Origin: Lingula anatina
Lineage: Eukaryota > Animalia > Brachiopoda
Direction of reading: 5' to 3'
NCBI GenBank assembly: GCA_051362555.1
Contig: CM120647.1
Location: 18,204,651 to 18,268,650 of the forward strand
DNA: 64,000 nt
Under the pieces are notes generated by a model. The model did not search any database. It was not told the DNA's origin and saw nothing but the letters and a program-made list of their open reading frames with translations. The translations under genes were made by a program, and so were the position numbers. Below are positions 50,345 to 64,000 of this stretch, in pieces (the first letter of the stretch is position 1; every line of letters starts with the position of its first letter).

Positions 50345-53098
50345 GCACAACCACCGCCTTATATCGCTATGACCTTCAATATCTTTTTCTAAATTAAGTT
50401 GTGTGATTAATTTATCATTATTATCGTTATTTTTTTCAGGTACACTCATGGCAGCAGGAGATGTCATTGCACAAATATTCATAGAAAAGAAGAACACAGC
50501 AAATTATGACACAGTTAGGACACTACGCTTCCTTGGTTTTGGTACTCTACTTGCAGTGAGTACAATAGTTTAGGTATTTTAAACCACTGGGAATATTTAT
50601 AGATTTTTTATAGATTTTTATTCATGTCAAATTGTTTCTTACTTTCATTATTTATTTGTTTATCTTTGAACTGATGTATATCTGGTGTGTGTATGGGATG
50701 TAAAACACCAAAATTAACTAAAACTGTTTTTAGTCTCCTTCAAGGAGGTAAATGTCTTGACTACTGTACAACAAACAATTTGTGGATAAAAATTCTAATA
50801 AGTAGAAAGAAAAGCTTTGGTCTAACATTAAGCTCAGAAGATAGCCAATTTTGTTCAGTGTTAAAACTTTGTCAATCATTCTGATGATTTAAAGGAGACA
50901 AATTCTGAACTCTTCAGTCAGATTGTTATTTTAGTATTTTAATTAATTTATTACAGCAGGAACATTTTATTAGGTCAAATTGCTACTCTCCTTATTGTAT
51001 AAGATGTCATAGTGTACGTAGAAGATTTTCCTGTTTTGCACCTATTTGACTTAAATTCTTACAATGTTGGAGGGGGGTATACACCTTTCGCAAGTCGTGT
51101 CAAGCTTTTCTGTTTCATGTAATATGGATAATTGATCTACATAATGTCAGTAAAGAGTGAGAAGTGTTTTGTGTGCTTTCTGTTGCACTCAAAAGGAAGC
51201 AAAAAAGCTTCCAGTAGCTGGGAGTACACACCCCTTACTAGTAGCTGCTTGAGGAGGCTTATCATTGAGTTAATCTGATTGCATTCAGCGAGAGCCCCAG
51301 CAGGGCTGGATTGAACTACATAGAAAAATAGTTTTATGAGAAATACGCACAACACAGTGAGATAATTGTCTCAACATGATATTACCAACTGTCCCCCCCC
51401 CCTCCCCCCAATTCATTCTTTCTCTTTTACATTAAGATACTTATTTTTGCAAAAAAAGGGCCTATATCTCTTGCAAAAAGAGCCACATACCGGGGAAGCT
51501 TTTTTTTTTTTTAATAATAAATTAACTACTTATTATCTCTTAATAAATAATAATAAATAAATGATAATAAACTTTCTTTTAATAATAAATTAACAGCTTA
51601 TTATCTCCTAATTTCAGGGTCCAGTGTTGAGGACGTGGTATATGACACTAGATTTTCTCTTCAAAGGGACTAGCAAGACTGTGGCTCTGAAAAAAGTGTT
51701 TTGTGATCAAGCATTCTTTGCTCCTTCTTTTCTAACTGTTTTTATCACAACAATGGGTTGGCTGCGTGGAGACCCCTGGTCAGAGATTCAGGAAAAGGTC
51801 AAGAGAGTAAGTGTTGCATATCACAACATTGCAGTCAAAGCACTTACAGCAATAACTTATCTTTTCAATTTGGGAAAATTGAGAATTTTACAGATACTTT
51901 TTTTAATGTCATAATTTCTGTTAATTAGAACATTCCTATTGAGTGGTAGCAACAAAATTAAAAAGCAGGCTGCTATATAGTTCTATACTCTGCACTAAAA
52001 GCACCACAAATGCAATATACCAATAAAATTTTTGTGAATGTGTCAGGTGTTCCATATAACTGAGTGACAATGTGATATGTTTCTTGGGCACTGGTTGTGC
52101 TCTGAGGAGAATTAACTTTCCCAGGTTTTATGAGATTAAGACTGATGATACCAAATTTTTGCTAGAGAGGGGGGGAAGAAAGGACAAGATAAAATGATTT
52201 TGAACATTTTGTACTATGAGTAGGGCACAGTGATAGAAGAATACCCCCCCCCCCCCCTTTGGAAGGAAGAGAGGAAGTGGGGGTACTTCTAAGCTTAGGG
52301 TGTGTCATTGCCCCCTCCCCTACTCCACACCAGCTACCATTACTAAACATTGTTTTGGAAATAGACTGGGTTCATTTTTTTCATTTTTAGTGATAAACAA
52401 ACATAGTTTACTAAATAAACACACACTATTTGATATATATTCCAGTAGTTTTTTTTCTTGTGATTTAAAATACAATTTGATGCAAAAATTGTGATTGACA
52501 TCATCTTTGTGAATATTTTTCATATTTTAGGACTTCTTACCCATACTCATGGCAAATTATCAGGTCAGTAACAATCTATGACAGAGTGACAGTGCAGTTT
52601 TTTTATTTTCATTTTTTTAAGTATTCTGAAAAAATTTAAAAGTCTTATATTAAATCTGTTTGTATCACCTTTTGATTTCTCGCCTTTTATGATTTTATTG
52701 TGTTTTTCAGTTGTGGATACCAGTACAAATAAGCAATTTTTATTTTGTTCCATTTCATCACAGGTAAGTTTGTAATTGCTTAAAATTTCCACACACTTCG
52801 CTTCTTTTAATATTCTTCATTAAGATTTATCATTTCGGACACCCGCAAAAATGTTCCTTGTAACAAGAAGTGAACTAAGGAAATGTTGAAATTCACAGGA
52901 ATTTTTTAGCTGTAGAACACGCAATTCATGCCCTTCAAATGGCGTTCTGATATCACTTCTGTATCGTTCTGTTTTATGGGTTTTTGTAGGATATTAGTTG
53001 TCAATATAGTGGCTTTATTCTGGAACACATATCTGGCATGGAAATCTGAGCGAAAACTGATGGAAAATCAACCCATCGCCAACAAAGACACACAGTGA
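49975..53098 (+). CDS. MPV17: Mitochondrial inner-membrane protein Mpv17. Exons 49975-50047, 50440-50555, 51618-51806, 52531-52563, 52711-52763, 52990-53098
   Basis: MSKLWQAY...HPWKTQ..TTGTLMAAGDVIAQ...GPVLRTWY...LKKVFCDQAFFAP...NYQLWIPVQISNFYFVP..HR...VALFWNTYLAWK; all junctions are GT-AG and in phase. Confidence 0.93.
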
Positions 53099-56000
53099 AG
53101 AGGATACCGAAGCCCGGGTGACGTGAGTCGCACAGTTAGCAGGCACGCGTGCCCCCCCCCCCCCCCCCCCAGCCCCCCCCCCCTCCGGATCAGTTTCTGG
53201 ATGTAGAAAAAGGAGTGAAAAGACCCCACAATGACAGGAAGGAAAATATACCGGATCCAGGTTGGCACAACACGACCGACATGAAAACTTAACTGTTCTT
53301 AATTTGAAGGAGATGGAAAGCGGCGTGACTTTTAAGAGAAAACACAGGACTCCGAAGCGACGCTAAGGATATTTGCCATCTCAAAGATTTCGGTGTTTAA
53401 GAGTAAATTATGGAAATTTCTTTTATTTTTTTAGTTTTATGCTATATTACAAACAGTGCACTGTATGACTTAAAAAGCCACTAAAAGATATTGACTTAAA
53501 GTAAATAAAACGCTGCTTTCGATATGAACCACATTTGTCAACAGCTTATTGATTAATCTTAGAAATGTAACATAATGGCAGTCGAAAGCTGCAGACGTTT
53601 GTTTATCTCATTAGTGACCAAAAGATCTGAAATGGCTGAGAGGAAATAAACCATTGCTTTGCAAATAAAAGACATTCATCATCAGCTAGTTGGTTTATGA
53701 AAAAAAGTAAAAGTTATGTGAACACGTAGTTTACTTAAAAAAATAAAAAAAGAAAAAATATATATATATATTGTTTTTACTTCGCGCCGATTCGAAAATG
53801 TGTTACTTATTTTCAGTAAGATGTTATAATAAAAAGTTACTCGATATGTTCTGTACATCCCATCTTTACTTTGGGGGGCCGTCTATTATCAATTTGGCGG
53901 AGTAAGTTCAATTGTGAGTTTCTGGTTGTAAAATGAATTTAGTCGATTTTAACGGAGGGGTTGAGGTTCACATTAAACTTATTTATTATAAGGGTTATCC
54001 GTTGTTTGAATGATCCATTTTAATAGGCTCTCTGAGTGCTTTTATACCATAAGTTCTTACTGCATTTCGGCACATTGATTCCAATATTATAGGCCAGCAG
54101 TTCATAACTGTCTTTCAGACCAATGTAACATAGTCGACATCCTATAGTCGGCTATCTGACTTGAGTCATCAAGCCAAGCCTAAAACCGTAAGCAATGTTT
54201 TTGAAACTGGTGGCGCAACACTCAACATGTGTCCTTTGCTTTACCACGATTAGGTATCAAAGACGGCGGACCTCCAACTTCTATCAGTGGAAATAAGCTG
54301 GTTTTGTGATCTCATCGTCATGAATTTTTATTAAATCCCTGCATTGCTGCCTACGATTTATTACATTGCACAGTGGGTATAGTAAAATGTACAAAACATG
54401 TTACATAACATGCAAATTAAAGTAGAACTGTCCTTATCTTAACGTTACTCTCTGACATATGCGTTTTCTCTTTGTGGTGGGTATGTTTGCTATAGTAATA
54501 AAAATTCAGTAATAGAAATAAAAAAGCAGTAATAAAAATGATTTTCCATCCTGAGTTCCAGTTTTTATTGGAATTAACTAGCCTCTAAAATTACCATCAT
54601 GCCTTTGACAATGTAACGGCTGACGCGCGTGGCTGTCACGTTGATCGATTGATGAATCTAAAGATGACAAACGTCAGCTTGACAAGAGATACGCAATAAA
54701 GCGACTCGGAAAAAAAAAACTTTTTCTCGGCAATGGAGAAATACGAGAATTGTTCAAGATATAAATGCTCAGATATATCTTCAGAATTGCACGAATCGTG
54801 GTTTTAAATAAGCATTTTAAAACATTTTGTATGAAAAAATAATATATTTCCTAAAGCTTTAATCAATGCTGTGAAAATACCCGACTACCATTGAAGCTCC
54901 TTACCAATGTATTGTGTATTGTAAAGCTTATTTCTTAACCAAATGACGGTATTTCATTAGTATCGCCACGGGGTTGTACACGGCCTCACCCAATAAAAAT
55001 CTGTTGCGAAATATTCTGGTATAAGATAAGGAATAGCAAATATTTTCTTTGCCGTTTTGCTCGATAAGCATTTACATAAAGAAGTCATCGCTGGTTGACC
55101 ATCGGACATTCGGATAATTTTTATTCAGAGTTTAAGCACACCTAACTGATCTCGAAATTCAGCAAACAATGAAAATGGCCCAGGTTATCAAGCAGATCTG
55201 TGTTTGGATTTTTAGTTTCCACACAAAATGTTGCGTGCAAGGCTACATGCAAGGTTCACCAAGAGTTCTTATATCAGCTGAAGCGAAAAAGACACACAAA
55301 AATCCCAAATTAATCTTTTGTGATATTACAAAGTCCACAGTCAATTGTTTTGTTTTTCGCTAAACAGAGTGTGTATATGGCCTTGTGATCAGAGCTTAAC
55401 TTTATTCTAGGGTCAACAAGACGAGGGAATGTAGTTTTAAGAAGGGATATACCAGGTGCTCCCCTGGTTTACCAGAATTTAATTAGGCATTTTTCAGTTC
55501 TTTATTGGTTTGAGCGCAGTATAAATACAGGGCATAACCTAACCAAAATACTTGAAATACTGTGAAACAATAACAAGTCGAGCACGTACATTACACAGTG
55601 GCAGTTTTCATAGACATTCTTTGTTTATTTTCTATTTTTTTACACAAATAAACAGCAACAGAATTACCTATATAGATATGCATCATCATTATACTCATAT
55701 CTAAAGGATTATGAAAGCAATCGTATTGAAACCCGCCCTGCTGATTTAATTAATTAGAACGAGATAAGAATAAATCCTTTTTACTTAGAGCTTTGTACCA
55801 CCAAGAAAATTTTTAATTACCTACTGGCTGTTGTCAATTAAATTTTGTTAAGCCGATTTGTACCCGCGTGGAATACATCCGTCTTTCTCGGAATCCTCTT
55901 ATAAATATTTGCACTTGGTCGGTGGGTTTCTGCTTATTAACTTAGATTATATTTTAACTTTATTATTACTATGTACATGTATTTAAACTTAAGTATATTA

Positions 56001-56229
56001 TAATTAGTAGTGTAGTGAGCCTATAAATGTACACTCATTTCATGTGCTCAATAAATTATTATTATTAATTATTATTAATTTGAATGCACCCCAATTATTA
56101 TTATTATTATTATTTTGTTTTGTTTTGTTTTGTTTTCTAAAGACACAGAGAGAAAAGCTGCGAAGGAAGCTACTTTTAAGTTTGGGGAGGTCAAATTTCG
56201 ACAGGGGGCGTGGGGATTCCCCTAGCTTC

Positions 56230-57421
56230 GCCCCTGCCTGTCAACATCTTCATAGTTGACTTAAAAAGTGAACTCTACACAAACAACAGTGCCAAGGAAG
56301 CTGAAGGGTTAAAAGGCATTTTACATGAGGATGGCCCAGTCCTGCTCTCAAAGACAAAAGACTATTCCAAACAAACTTGAAAAATACTGTATATAATGGG
56401 AATTAAAAGTAAATGAAAATAAATCGAAAATTGTAGTATTCAGCAAGTTTGGCAGAATTGAGCCGCACACTTTTTTTGTAAATAATAGACCAACAGAAAC
56501 GGTCAAACAATACTAATGCCTGCCGGGCAGAACCTGGGCGTCTCCCATTTTACTTGGACACTGTCAAATTAATATCAAGATACAGTGAAAGGCTGAATAA
56601 CCTTCCAGAACAAAGAATTGTCAAAGAATAAACAGACAGGGCAAATAACTGGTTTTGGGCAACGTCAAATTTTGCTTTATGTATAGGGACTAAATCACTC
56701 AAATTCCACCACAACTGACAATAAAACCCACGATCACCAAAATCTAAAGAATAAAATGGCCAACAGAATAAAACCATGAAGGAGTTGCACAGAGAGGAAA
56801 ATACATGTATGGAAGCATTATGACCCCGAACCATACCTAAAATTGAATATCCCACTAACCCCCCCCCCCCCCAAAAAAAAAAAAAATTTTTTTTTGGCAA
56901 GAATGCGAATCAGTGGTCACGACTTAGAGATTGGAAGAGGGTGATACACAAACCCCAAGACACAAATGTCAGACCGAAAAAGTCACCACTGTGACAGGGT
57001 GGAACATGAGATTTCTTTCTTTCTTGAATGCAGCATTCATGAAGTTGAAACAAAATTACTGTTTGAGTCTATACTAGAGGTAAACTTGCACGATTAGTTG
57101 GACAAGGTCAGACTGCTGTTAGAAATAATAACGTAACTTTGTCCATGAATAGCTTTACGTCATCCTAAATCCGCCCTCTGCGCACTTAATCCACCCTCTG
57201 TGTAGGGTGCGACTGCTATAGCAAAATTTATAAGTAAAGGTTATGATAAAACGCAAATAATTGGTATCAAATACACAAATGATCTCATCCATTTTATCTC
57301 TTTAAAATGTATATTGTATATCGCTATATTGATTTTTTCATTTATAACAATCATTACTATTATATATAGTATATGTTATTTAAAGAGCCTTTGAATGTAA
57401 AAACATTTGTGCTTAATAAAA

Positions 57422-57460
<39 letters not shown>
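56230..57460 (+). mobile_element. Degenerate LINE 3' portion with (ATT)n tail
   Basis: LKKYCI*WELKVNENKSKIVVF...VKQY (RT C-terminal part), a CCHC-like remnant near 56985-57030, and AATAAA followed by (ATT)n at 57415-57460. Confidence 0.7.
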
Positions 57461-57463
<3 letters not shown>

Positions 57464-59459
57464 GTCATACTATCTCACATATGTGTAGTTAATGTTTTTA
57501 AAAAGAACGTAGCATAGAAAGCCTTTGATCGAAATTGAACATCCAGTGATCAAGTACCTTGATTTTCAAGACAATGAAGTAACTACAACTCGGAGACCAC
57601 GCGCCTGTTTGAAAAACGAACGACAGCCTTTACTAATTAAGAAAAAATGGCCAAGTTTTAGATTTTACAATGAAAACTAATATTTTAGATATTTAAGTTT
57701 TGGTTTTCTTATCTTTGAGTAGCTCTCGAGGTTGATTTTGGGGTTGGGTGAAATTCAAAAAAAGGTATTTAGAATTCAAAAACTGGTCTCTAGACTAATT
57801 TTTTTCAGTGGGTTCGGAGGGGGAATGCCTCGGTGATATATGTATAAGAAAATATTGTCGGGATTTCCAGGAAAATCTATGCATCATTATCTACGTAAAT
57901 ATGGCCTTCCGCAGATTGCATGCCTCTCTCATTTAGTCAGAATCTCAAGCTTGTCACTTCTGCCACCAACTTTCACACTTTGGCAAGAATGATGTGCCAC
58001 TGACATATCCCTATGCGACACTTCCACCGCTGAAAAATAAGCCCCCTCCTCACGCGGACTCGCACGTGCGACGCCACGCCGTTCCGACAGGTTCATTTCA
58101 TGCTATCTTGGAAAATCTATTAACACGATCTAGCCATGGATCCTAAAGGTATCTTAACACGTACGAGCGGTCATCATAATTACGTGCTTCCATCAATTGA
58201 ATTCATTCGACGCTGAGACGCCTCTCAGCTCTATCTCTAACGTGAATCGATTTATTTTAGTTGACTTACAGTCAGATATTTTTCAGTCATCAGAGGCCAC
58301 TGGAAACTCACATTTACCTCTGGGGCGTCAACAGTTTACAATACGAGGAGACTTTCCAGTAATCTCGGCTCTGATATACAAGATGGCATGACCCGGCATA
58401 CTGCTAGAAGCTAAATACGGTATTGGAAACGGTGCGCAATACAATATAAAACATACAATACAATACAATAAAAGTTTATTTGTAATTTAAGGCCTCTTAT
58501 AAACAATATTAAACAATATTAACAATATTTTTTCATAAGTTAACAAGTTACTATACAATATAAAAGTGTAAAAATCCAATTCCAATATTATATATAGTAG
58601 TGATTATTGACTTTGAATCTAATTCTTGATTAAAATAGACTATGAAAAAAGACAATAATATAGTAGATTCTATCATTTCTAGCTCACATTTAAAACAAAG
58701 TGTCAAACCACCCATAAATATTTAACAGAGACAAAAGATTTCTGGAGAATGATCAGACACAGATAATGCTAGCTTTGCTCACAAAATGTAAAAAGCCGAT
58801 TGATGACATGTCTGACTTCTATATATCATCAACCCAGTCTGGCTGGCGCCACAATTTCCGTTAAATATTTAAATGTCATTTTGAGCGAATTACTGTTCCA
58901 TACGGTAATTATTCGATCTTTTCAATAGGGGAAAATCGTGAATTTTGCAGATTCTGTATTTTTCAGGTCACAATTTCTAAAAATCAGAACATGTCTGTTT
59001 AGTGGTAGCAACCAAATTAAAAAGCAGGCTATTCTATAATTCTGTTCTATGCAGTAAAATCATCAAAGTGTCTATATATAGAAATATAATTTTGTGATTA
59101 TAAAATTGTGTATCTGGAAGTTTGATTATTTTTGCTTTTTGAAACGATCGAGTTATTGCCGTATTTATCGAATTTCCGCACTATATTTATCAATGACAAT
59201 TGAACCTTTAGTCGACACACGCGTCTTATAAAAATTACAACAAGCCAGGCATATGCTGTAGTTTGGGTCAGAAAATGCTTGCTAAGTATTACATGTAGGC
59301 TACCTTATCTCTCTAACCCCCCCCCCCCCCCCCCAATTCCTGAATCCTCTACACACTGCTTTTCATTTGGCGTTTTCAATGCTCATAAACGATTTAGCTC
59401 ATTTCACAAGGTAAAAAATTGTTCATCTTTCGTGGAAATATGATATTCATAAAAAATTA

Positions 59460-59675
59460 CTTCATATAATATATTCACTTGACATTAGGTACTATGCATC
59501 ATTCACAAGATATAAACTAATTTATATTATTCACAATATATGACGTCATATATATTATTCACAATATATGACGTCATGTATATTATTCTCAAGATATAAC
59601 ATAATATGATTAGTCATTCACAAGACATTACTTCATATATATTATTCGCAATATATCACATCATAAATATTAGCA
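59460..59675. repeat. AT-rich minisatellite (ATATTATTCACAATATATGACGTCAT-like, about 29 bp)
   Basis: Several imperfect units are visible. Confidence 0.75.
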
Positions 59676-60055
59676 CAATCCTTTATATATGTAACACAAC
59701 GTGTTTTATACGATATCAAAAGATAAATGAAGTCTTTTCATGACGACTAGAGTTTCTATTGCCTTTTTCTCTATTGCACTGCAGTCAGGCTATTACCTGA
59801 AACTACTGCATGTCACTAGGTGCTGGTTTTATATCTGGACAAGCTGTTTGTATCACAGAAATAATTATAGTTAATAACAGACATTCCATTATGGACCGAA
59901 CTTTTTGTCAAGAGCTTCAGATGCGGATCTCCTATTAATTAAGGAATCTCCTGTATTTTTTTTTTCGGTTATCAAAAGGCTTTACCTCTCATTGCATGCC
60001 TTTAATCCAAGACTTGGAGCTATTCTAAGAAATGCATACAAATGCATATGTTTGA

Positions 60056-60220
60056 CAGGCCTGTAGCCCGGGGTGGTGGGGGGGGGGGCGAAAGAGCCTC
60101 CCGTTTTCCTGGGAAAAGGACCCCTCTGGGTAAAATATTATCTAGATACACGATGGTTTCATGGTAAAATATCTACTTTTTCAAAAAAAAAAGAACCCCC
60201 TTTTGCTGGCTACTGGCCTG
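60056..60220. mobile_element. Short MITE with 13-bp TIRs and 5-bp TSD
   Basis: CAGGCCTGTAGCC / GGCTACTGGCCTG with TTTGA on both sides. Confidence 0.8.
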
Positions 60221-61077
60221 TTTGATTAATAGTCACACCTAATTCCTGACATTAGTATTCTACGAACAACGGACACGGGTGAGACTATCTACAGAGTTGC
60301 ATTGCTATGTTGAGGCTGTTGGTGAAGCAAATACCTTTGAAAAAAGTGTTGTGTAATATACATGTATGAGGGCGGAACAAACCTATTATTAGAGACATCT
60401 AATACAGCTGCGGTAATGATCATTCTCTACTTAAAGAACTAAGCCGTCTCATCATTTGTTGTCGGTTTGACATCTTTCTGTGGATTTCTTTTGTCTATTA
60501 TATAGATTCAAAACCAGACGCTTATGTTTACAGGTAACCCTATTCTATCCCATTTTTACTTGACACACGCAGTCTTTTGATCTAACAAAAAAACCTGTCA
60601 CGGAAGAGAACATGAAGCCTTAATGAGTAGCTTTGTGATTCTGTGTCTTAGGTATTTCAGGGAGATACTTCGCACGAATAACCCTCCCCCCCCCCCTCCC
60701 CCGATGAAAATTATTCATTCTTTTTTGCTCAATTTCCCTGCCCAATTCATGAAATTGAGGTAGTTGTACACACACAGCTTCTCCTGGGCGTCTTTAATTT
60801 TTTAATATTTATAATCATATTCATTAATATTTTGGTGTTCGGAACGAACAGTGGATGTACCTCTGTGTGCGATGCAAAGGTTTCTTTACATATCGTCTCG
60901 TTTATTTTTTTGGACAGTCTCATTTTCGCACAATATTGTCGCACTTTTCAAAAGTGCTCAAACGAAATCTTTGTTTACCATGTAATTGTTAATAGTATTC
61001 TAAAATCAGATTCAACAATGATGATAAAAATAGTTACCCACGTTGGATTGCTGGGTTGAACCTCATGCAGGGTATCT

Positions 61078-61693
61078 TCAGGTAGAAGAGGTCGTAGACT
61101 CGACGTTGACTTGGTTGCGTGAAAAAACACCGCGCAGGATAAGCTTCATTCTCTCCATCTCCGCGCGAAAAACCGCGGTGCGCCGAGAGTAGATGACCGT
61201 GTTGAAGAAGCTGTTGGAGTAAGCGATCCACACCGTGATGCCGCAGTTGACGTAGGAGCGGGTGGCGAAGATGTACAGCTTGGCCACGATGAGAGGGGTC
61301 CAACAAACGATGAGGACTCCCACCATGATGGAGACTGTTTTCAAGCCACGCATGGACTTCTTCACGCTGCCGCCGGCATCTTCGTTGTGCTGCAAGTTCT
61401 GGACCTGTTGGGCAATCATCTTCAAATGCCGGCGGGCAATCATCAGATTTGCCACATTCACGCAAATGATGATCAAGTACGCTACCACCTGGTAGCCAAA
61501 GTGGACCAGGAACATCGCTGGGAGGCCTCGCGGGATGTACGCTGGCACACATTGCTCCGTTTTCCTGTTGTAGAACCCGCCAACAAATCCTATGATCACT
61601 GTACTAAGGCCAACGATGCATGAGCCCCACAGTATCAAGACCAATGCCACGGCTCTCTTCTGGGTCATGATTTGATGGTAGTTTATATTGTAT
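61078..61693 (-). CDS. Class A (rhodopsin-like) GPCR, terminal exon (TM4-TM7); upstream exon(s) not identified
   Basis: Acceptor TTTCAG ending at 61694; four hydrophobic helices, ECL2 cysteine, TM6 CWTP, TM7 YSNSFFNTVIYS and helix 8 FR. Confidence 0.85.
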
Positions 61694-62108
61694 CTGAAAT
61701 GAAATAAATTAAAATATTCGATCTATTAATATGTAATAAAGGAAAAATATATTCGATAGAATCGATTAAAACAAGTTGAATTATGAATAAAAGTTTGTCG
61801 CAACTTTTCTGGTTGTGTCTCGAAAGTCTTTGCTTTTCCTCCTTATACGAATGCTTTTTCTGTATCTTTATTTTTAAATATCTGAAGGTATTTAGCGCGT
61901 ATTGGAAAATCGTCTCCTATCATTTTGTCTAAATATACTGCAAAGCTACTTTTATTTCCCAATCTAGATCTTGAAAACGATAAAACCCTTCAAAACAGTA
62001 TCAGGAAAAACGTAGCCTAAATTGATAGTATGGAAGACAAGCCTGGCTTAGAGATGGTTGACCATTTCTTTAAAACAATCTTTTTCAATGCAACTTAAGT
62101 GTAACTTA

Positions 62109-62291
62109 GGGCGTATTCCTAGACATTTAGATCTATCTATCCCCGTGGGGAGTCTCACTAGATTACTGTCAAATAATCTGGCTTAAATGTTCGTCCCGCC
62201 TACTACAAGCTGTAAGGGGGTAATTAAATTTCGTGCCAGCTCGGCTGACAGCTATTTTGTTTGGATCGATCTAATCTCTGGGAATGGGGTC
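62109..62291. mobile_element. Harbinger-type MITE with TTA TSD (same family as 31206)
   Basis: Shared ATCCCCG.GGGGAGTCTCACTAGATTAC...CCCGCCTACTACAAGCTGTAAGGGGGTAATTAA core; TTA flanks. Confidence 0.85.
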
Positions 62292-63461
62292 TTATTAGTA
62301 AACACCTCTTGCTGAACCAAAAGAAGTCACGCTACGTGATGAAAAAATTTTAAAAAGATGAAATTATAGAACAGGTAATACACAGCGGTATAGTTTAACA
62401 TAGTTTTTTTTTCTTTTTTATTCATGTTCTTGATGGACTAATGTCACAGACGTGCTAGAAAGGCTGGGAATATGATCACGACGTCAGTTTATCTATAGCT
62501 GGCTGGCCGTGATCGCAAACGATATATGCAACGGTGCTCTTCACGCTATCAAGACTCGTATATAATCTCAGGCGCTGAGTAGAATACAGAAAAGCTAGTA
62601 ATTACACGAGTATGTTTGAAACAAGGAGGAGGCGTGGTAATATCTTAATCTGATTGCAGTAAGCTAGAGTCCCCGCGGAGTTGGATCGATTTACGCAGAA
62701 CGACATCTTAATTGGACTGACAAACTGTAAATTTCGACGGGCCACTATCTTTGTTAGTGAAGACATGAAATTACTAAACTTATGTAAGGCATATTTTAGG
62801 CTTTTCAGATTGGCAGGTGCTGCCACGAGTGCAGAGCGCGGCGGTTTTGTTTTAATTGTACTTTTCAAACTGCCTATGACGTACATACAACCAGTGCTGT
62901 CACGTACCTGACCTTAACTTAACACTATCACTTATAATCTCGGCTGTAATGACGGTAATATATCAATATAACCCGACCAAAATTGATGCACGCACAACTT
63001 CTTTATATCAAAACCCTACTGATTCCACAATACCGCGTTCAATGCACTTCAATAAACTCTCTAGAACGTGAAAGATGATATTCCGGCATTCTTCAATAAA
63101 ACCCCTAATATCTCACCGACTGAAGAACTGAAATAAAAACCCGAGTCTAGCGTTCAGTCGTTTGTCATTAGCTGACATGAAGACACGCTAACACAATAAC
63201 CCATACACTATGGCTGGTGTTTTTGTTGAGTTCCTTGTTTGGTGAAATTAACGTAAGCAACATAGAAACTGTAGTTCTTACAAATAAGGAGAGAGTAGTT
63301 AAATAAATGTCGATCTAGGTTTTATCACAAAGTGAAAATTGAGTTTTGAGTATCTAGGAATACTGCTAAATTGCAGTGGGAAATTTCTATCCAGGCCAAA
63401 AGCTCCGACAAAACAGGGCAGAGTAGAACACCTGCTTGGAATAAGTGTTATATAGGAGTAA

Positions 63462-63463
<2 letters not shown>

Positions 63464-63527
<64 letters not shown>
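63464..63527. repeat. (TA)n microsatellite
   Basis: Direct observation. Confidence 0.95.
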
Positions 63528-63530
<3 letters not shown>

Positions 63531-64000
63531 TGCTTGAATGTTGAAATAGTACTCTAGGTATCTTTTTTATACACGCACGTTTGTGTTGCCGATATTCCTA
63601 ACCGGGAGTGGAGTCTCCTTGTTTCATGTAAATCGCAAGATTTTCTAAGAAATTGAATCTACATATTGTAAGTCCATACTGGCGGTTAGATTGACTTCAA
63701 GGGCTACTGCCACTAAAATACAGAGTGTTTCAAGATGTAGTCATTCACTGACTAACCCTCTGTCTAACAGTTATTTTTGTTCTTAAAAATATGTTTTCTT
63801 TTAGTTAAATACTTTTCTTTTATGCTATGACATTTTATTAACATTCAAATGTTGTTTCAGGCAATAGATACCTTGATCAATTCAAAATGTATGAGTAATG
63901 GGTAGTCAAAGAATATGTATATTTTAAGACACCCTCTACTACCCGTTGCGGAGCATTGTACATGTGAAAACTGGGTTGAAACCAATTGTAACTAGAAGGA

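Noticed and set aside
62602-62911. Upstream GPCR exon
   Set aside because: No TM1-TM3 or DRY-like pattern in the listed ORFs or the minus-strand sequence I read.

Overview
AT-rich, intron-containing animal genomic DNA, probably a marine invertebrate; the species cannot be determined from the sequence. The window holds four tandem paralogues of a 4-exon, bacterial-type (Sulfotransfer_3-like) sulfotransferase (415-32090), a WSCD-like sulfotransferase (about 39788-43369), adenosine deaminase (minus strand) head-to-head with MPV17 (plus strand), the last exon of a class A GPCR, and many MITEs and LINE remnants. The outstanding feature is a 12,600-bp near-perfect palindrome (1475-14074; arms about 6.24 kb, 128-bp spacer) inside intron 3 of the first sulfotransferase. 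It starts AGTAGT, ends ACTACT and is flanked by a 6-bp target-site duplication (ACCAAG), which are Polinton/Maverick-type end signatures. It has no recognisable polymerase, integrase or capsid gene, carries a phage-like SLOG-type ORF in each arm, and has a hairpin plus direct repeat at its axis. My best interpretation (inference) is an integrated snap-back, defective, non-autonomous Polinton derivative.
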